Source: Dendrobates tinctorius | Lineage: Eukaryota | NCBI RefSeq assembly: GCF_039654945.1 | Contig: NW_027361810.1 | Location: forward strand, 32,364,001-32,428,000 | Direction of reading: 5' to 3' | DNA: 64,000 bases | Shown here: positions 60,404 to 64,000 of the stretch, in pieces | Layout of the letters: each line of letters begins with the position of its first letter | Position numbering within the stretch: the first letter of the stretch is position 1 | Notes under the pieces: model-generated | The model's input: only the letters and a program-made list of their open reading frames with translations | Database searches by the model: none | Told to the model about the DNA's origin: nothing | Position numbers and translations under genes: made by a program

Positions 60404-62714
60404 GTAACACATTTGAGGGATTTACTCTGTTACTTTTTGTGCCATGTCAAGTAGCATATCGACGTGTTGAGCCCAAATTCTCAGCCTGGGGAACGTCCCA
60501 TTCCTCTAGAGAGTACTCCACAAACGCTTATTTTGTGCCTCTACCAAGTAGCTTATGACCATAGACGTTGGAAAGTACTATGGTGTGGTTTGTTTTAGTA
60601 GAGAACCCTTGGTTTAGGAAAAGTGAGGAACACTCCAGAAAATAAGTTTCTAAAAGGGGCTGTCTATTAGAGCACATGGACACCAAAGAGCATGATCCAG
60701 AGTGGGAACGGCTCCTGCTTTTTTGGTCCCGAATGTACAAATTTGATGTAAATTGTGTCCATTAATATGTGACTTGGATGGAGATCCAAATAAAGTTAAA
60801 ATTGTCCAATGAAAACACAGATGTGAAGCGGTTTTCAATTTTGAAAAACCCTTGTCTACCGGCTGCAGTTTTGCATTAAAAAAAGCTTTTCTCGCACTCC
60901 CAGTTTCCAGTGCTGAATCTCCGCCACTTATTCTGATGTCTGTCACTGTCTGATGTTACATCGACAACTCTGCAGCCGTTCAGTGAGCTCCGCGACTTGG
61001 AGTGTCTGGTGCCTTCAACTTATTGATTGCGGCGCTACCGACGTGATGTCAACGCTGCACACAATAACAGACATCGGGAGCAGCGGCGGAGACTCAGTGC
61101 AAGACCTGGGGAGGGTGAGTAAAGCTCCTTAGGGGACATGGGCTTTCTGAATCTAGAAAACACCTTTATTATATCGCTGTGCTAGACTAATAAACTGAAA
61201 GTATAGACAGCATGTTAAAGGGGATTTTTTTTAACAATGCAATTGCATGATATAATATAGAGCAGGAGGAGGAGGATCAGATTGATATACAGTTTAAAGA
61301 AAAAATATTCTGTATGACTTGTATTTTTTTCATTTAAATACTTGTTCTTTAGGAGTCCAGTGGGCAGTCCTATTAAGCTATTGACAGCCATAGAGGAAAA
61401 GCCACTGGAATGGACCGCCTACTGGACTCCAGTATAGTAAGATCAGGGATATAAATATATATATATAAATACCAGTATGGCTGAATAAATTCTGCTCAGC
61501 TTCTTTTGCGCTGCAAACATCATGCTGAACACGATAAGGTCCCTTTAATCAATGGAGAAGGTAGCATTAATTGTAGAGGTGCACAACTTTTTTTATATGA
61601 GGATTAGGTTGAACTACTTAAAGGGGCCACAGCGATATTTCAATATACTTTTGCTCCAGTCTTAAAGGATATTTGGTGTTCAGTTATAACAGCCTCATTC
61701 ATATATGACTATACAGTTATTGTTTTTATTCTGTGGTTTTTCGGGACGCATAATGATCTGCCAGTGACTATAACAATGTTCCCATGTGGCCTTCAGACAA
61801 AGCAGAAAGGAGAAAAAGAAGCACAACGCTTTCCTCGGCCCACTGCTACGTCTTGCCAAGGATCGGCAGGGAAAAATGTGGTTAAACCGCACTGATTGAC
61901 ACTTACTAGCCTTATGCAATCAACTTTACCAGCTAAAAGGGGGCACATACTTCTGACTTTTACAGAATAGCGATGTTGCATGAGATAAAGAAATTTGTAA
62001 AAGAGATTAAATAAGGTGCAATAAAGATAAAGTTGCACTTTTTCCAAGTTTTGGAGCTTTAACCTGTAGTGTTCAGTTTCACCACAAGGTGGCAGTCTGC
62101 ATTGTATATTTTCCCCATACCAGAACATAAGAAACAGCTGGTATGTGATTACAAGTTGATAGGAAAAAATGCCGCTTTATGAAAAAAAAAAAAAAAAATG
62201 GTGTTGAGCTGTCAAAAGGCACAGGGCAGAAGGTTAGATAATTGACTTTCACACCAGGGTGAAGGGGGGAAATCTTGAGATGACTTTGGTTTGTGAGATT
62301 TAGAATCGTTTACAAAAGAAAATTCAGCTTTTTTCTTTTTGTTTTCTCTTATTTTCGTATAACTTTTTTTTTTCCATTTGCCTCAACTTAGCGAGTTAAA
62401 TGTTTGTTTTTTTTGTCTAAGCATCATTTTTAAATTGTAAATGGAAAATACACTGTACACGAAAAATTGGAAAGCTGTATTTTTCTTCTGAAATAAATAG
62501 GAATAGAAAAATGGCGATTGAACATATCATGCTCACTAAAAGTAATAATTATTGCAAGTCCTGCACATAATACTACAAAAGAAGGTAGAGTAAGAAAAAG
62601 GCCTTTCTACGTGGATTTTTTAATGTTTACAAATATCCTAGGGAATTATGCCAGTTAGAAATACTAGGAAAAGGTTTGTCTCTGCATTATTTACACAAGA
62701 AAATCCCTTTAACA

Positions 62715-63430
62715 CTATTGCCAACGCCCATGCATGATCCCTCTTCCCCCTTCATGCAGGGATGCCGACATACTGCCTTGGCTGGTGAGCTCCCCGTCTC
62801 CTGCTTCCTAGTCTGAGCACATCACATACAGGTTTTACAGTGACGCGCTTAGTGTGCACACACTACCCTGTTCTCAAAGGAGCAGTGCAAGCACTTTGAA
62901 AATGCTCCCAGTTAATAGCTGGGAGGCATCAGGAATATAAGGCACCTTCTCCACTAGGTAGGTGCCCGAGCAGCCACTGCAGTTTCCCTACAACTCTTAT
63001 GTGTGCAACTGTATGTTGCCAGGACCCCTATCCTAATCTATTGAAGTTAGTTTGTTAGACTGATTCTGTTCCCGTATTCCTGTATAGTGTGCATGTTACC
63101 TTTGAAGCCGCACCGGAGGTATCGGAACCCTGAAGCCACTCTGGCAGTACCTGAACTCTGTAGCCAAACCAGCGGACCCTGAACCCGACCTGTCTGAACA
63201 GGTTTCAAATCGAGTCTGGTCTGTGACTCGTGAGTCCAGTTTGTGTCAGTGAACCTGACCCTTGGGGTTGGCAGCTGCGGCACCGGGGACTGCCTAGGAG
63301 TAGTGCCTGGTGGCTACCTGCAGCTCAAGCCTGACTCCACCATCAGGAGCTCCCGTGAAAACCAAGGTAGATGCCCCTCCTAGGTAAGCCTGGCCCTTTG
63401 ACACAGTGGGTCCATGATCCATGTGCTCCA
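62715..63430. mobile_element. Possible decayed solo LTR
   Basis: TATA-like gaatataagg and LTR-like composition. Termini and TSD not resolved. Confidence 0.35.
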
Positions 63431-63493
63431 CCCGCGAGTTTGAAAATCTCATGACAGACGACATGATCAGGGAGACCTGAATTTCTCCATTAA

Positions 63494-63659
63494 ATGTCAC
63501 CTGCTTAACCCATCAAGAAGTACGGCGCCTCCTTAAAATCACAAAGTAGACAAATCCCCGGGCCCGAATGGCATACAGTCCCGAGTAGTGCAGGAAATAA
63601 ATATCTTAATAGACAGACCGTTATTTGTAATGTTCAAGGATTCTATAATAACAGGGTCT
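63494..63659 (+). mobile_element. Fragment of a different CR1-like LINE ORF2
   Basis: Translates as KSPGPNGIQSRVVQEINILIDRPLFVMFKDSIITGS, resembling the KSPGPD...PL..IF region. Confidence 0.7.
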
Positions 63660-63813
63660 CAACACAGGATGTTCACATAAGTGTAACGTCTACTGTGGCC
63701 TACTGTGTGTAATGTAATATACTTACTTCTAAAACGAAAAAAGTGGTTTGGTACCGTGTTAGCCAGTAGAAAAAAAAATATATAAAGTGCTCTCAGTGAG
63801 AGAAACAAAATAG

Positions 63814-64000
63814 GAATCTTGTGGGTATGATACCTTTTAATGGCTAACAAATAATAGTGAATGTTGTTACAAAGCAAGCTTTCGGGACTGCTTATGTCCC
63901 TTCATCAGGCTGAGGGACGTAAGCAGTCCCGATAGCTTGCTTTGTAACAACATTCACTATTATTTGTTAGCCATTAAAAGGTATCATACCCACAAGATTC
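63814..64000. repeat. Long inverted repeat, 87-bp arms with 13-nt spacer, running to the window edge
   Basis: 63814-63900 is the reverse complement of 63914-64000 with two mismatches seen. Confidence 0.93.
63873..63911 (-). ncRNA. Minimal hammerhead ribozyme-like motif (Penelope-type)
   Basis: Minus strand reads AGC-CTGATGA-A-GGGAC(ataagca)GTCCC-GAAA-GCTT-GCT. Confidence 0.65.

Noticed and set aside
60404-64000. TANK zinc-finger terminal exon
   Set aside because: No CxxC...H...H exon with a phase-0 acceptor was found by eye. It probably lies beyond the window.

Overview
Repeat-rich vertebrate genomic DNA, almost certainly from a frog (inferred from the transposon families and the divergence of the host gene). 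The one recognisable host gene is TANK (TRAF family member-associated NF-kB activator) on the + strand. Seven coding exons can be read by hand (29858-29956, 31704-31809, 38493-38656, 47030-47200, 49414-49478, 57124-57242, 59856-60403), giving 424 codons in one continuous frame. The zinc-finger terminal exon was not found and probably lies beyond the window. The rest is mostly mobile DNA: a decayed Ty3/Gypsy chromovirus (10544-16006), a solo LTR, an apparently intact full-length CR1 LINE inside a TANK intron, a truncated CR1 split by a hAT-type element, four non-autonomous Helitrons, many Harbinger/hAT/TTAA-type MITEs, minisatellites and Penelope-like remnants. Most ORFs in the supplied track are artefacts of repeats or antisense frames. 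The most interesting signals are: two minimal hammerhead-ribozyme motifs; a candidate -1 frameshift site joining CR1 ORF1 to ORF2; CR1 5' monomers carrying an snRNA-like Staf+octamer module; a tRNA-independent self-priming signature and a promoter-deleting 3' LTR in the Gypsy element; modular and tail-to-tail Helitrons; a possible captured host exon in a hAT element; and extra or alternative TANK exons. I see no firm evidence of a wholly new biological system. These are testable leads. All coordinates were read by eye and no searches were run.
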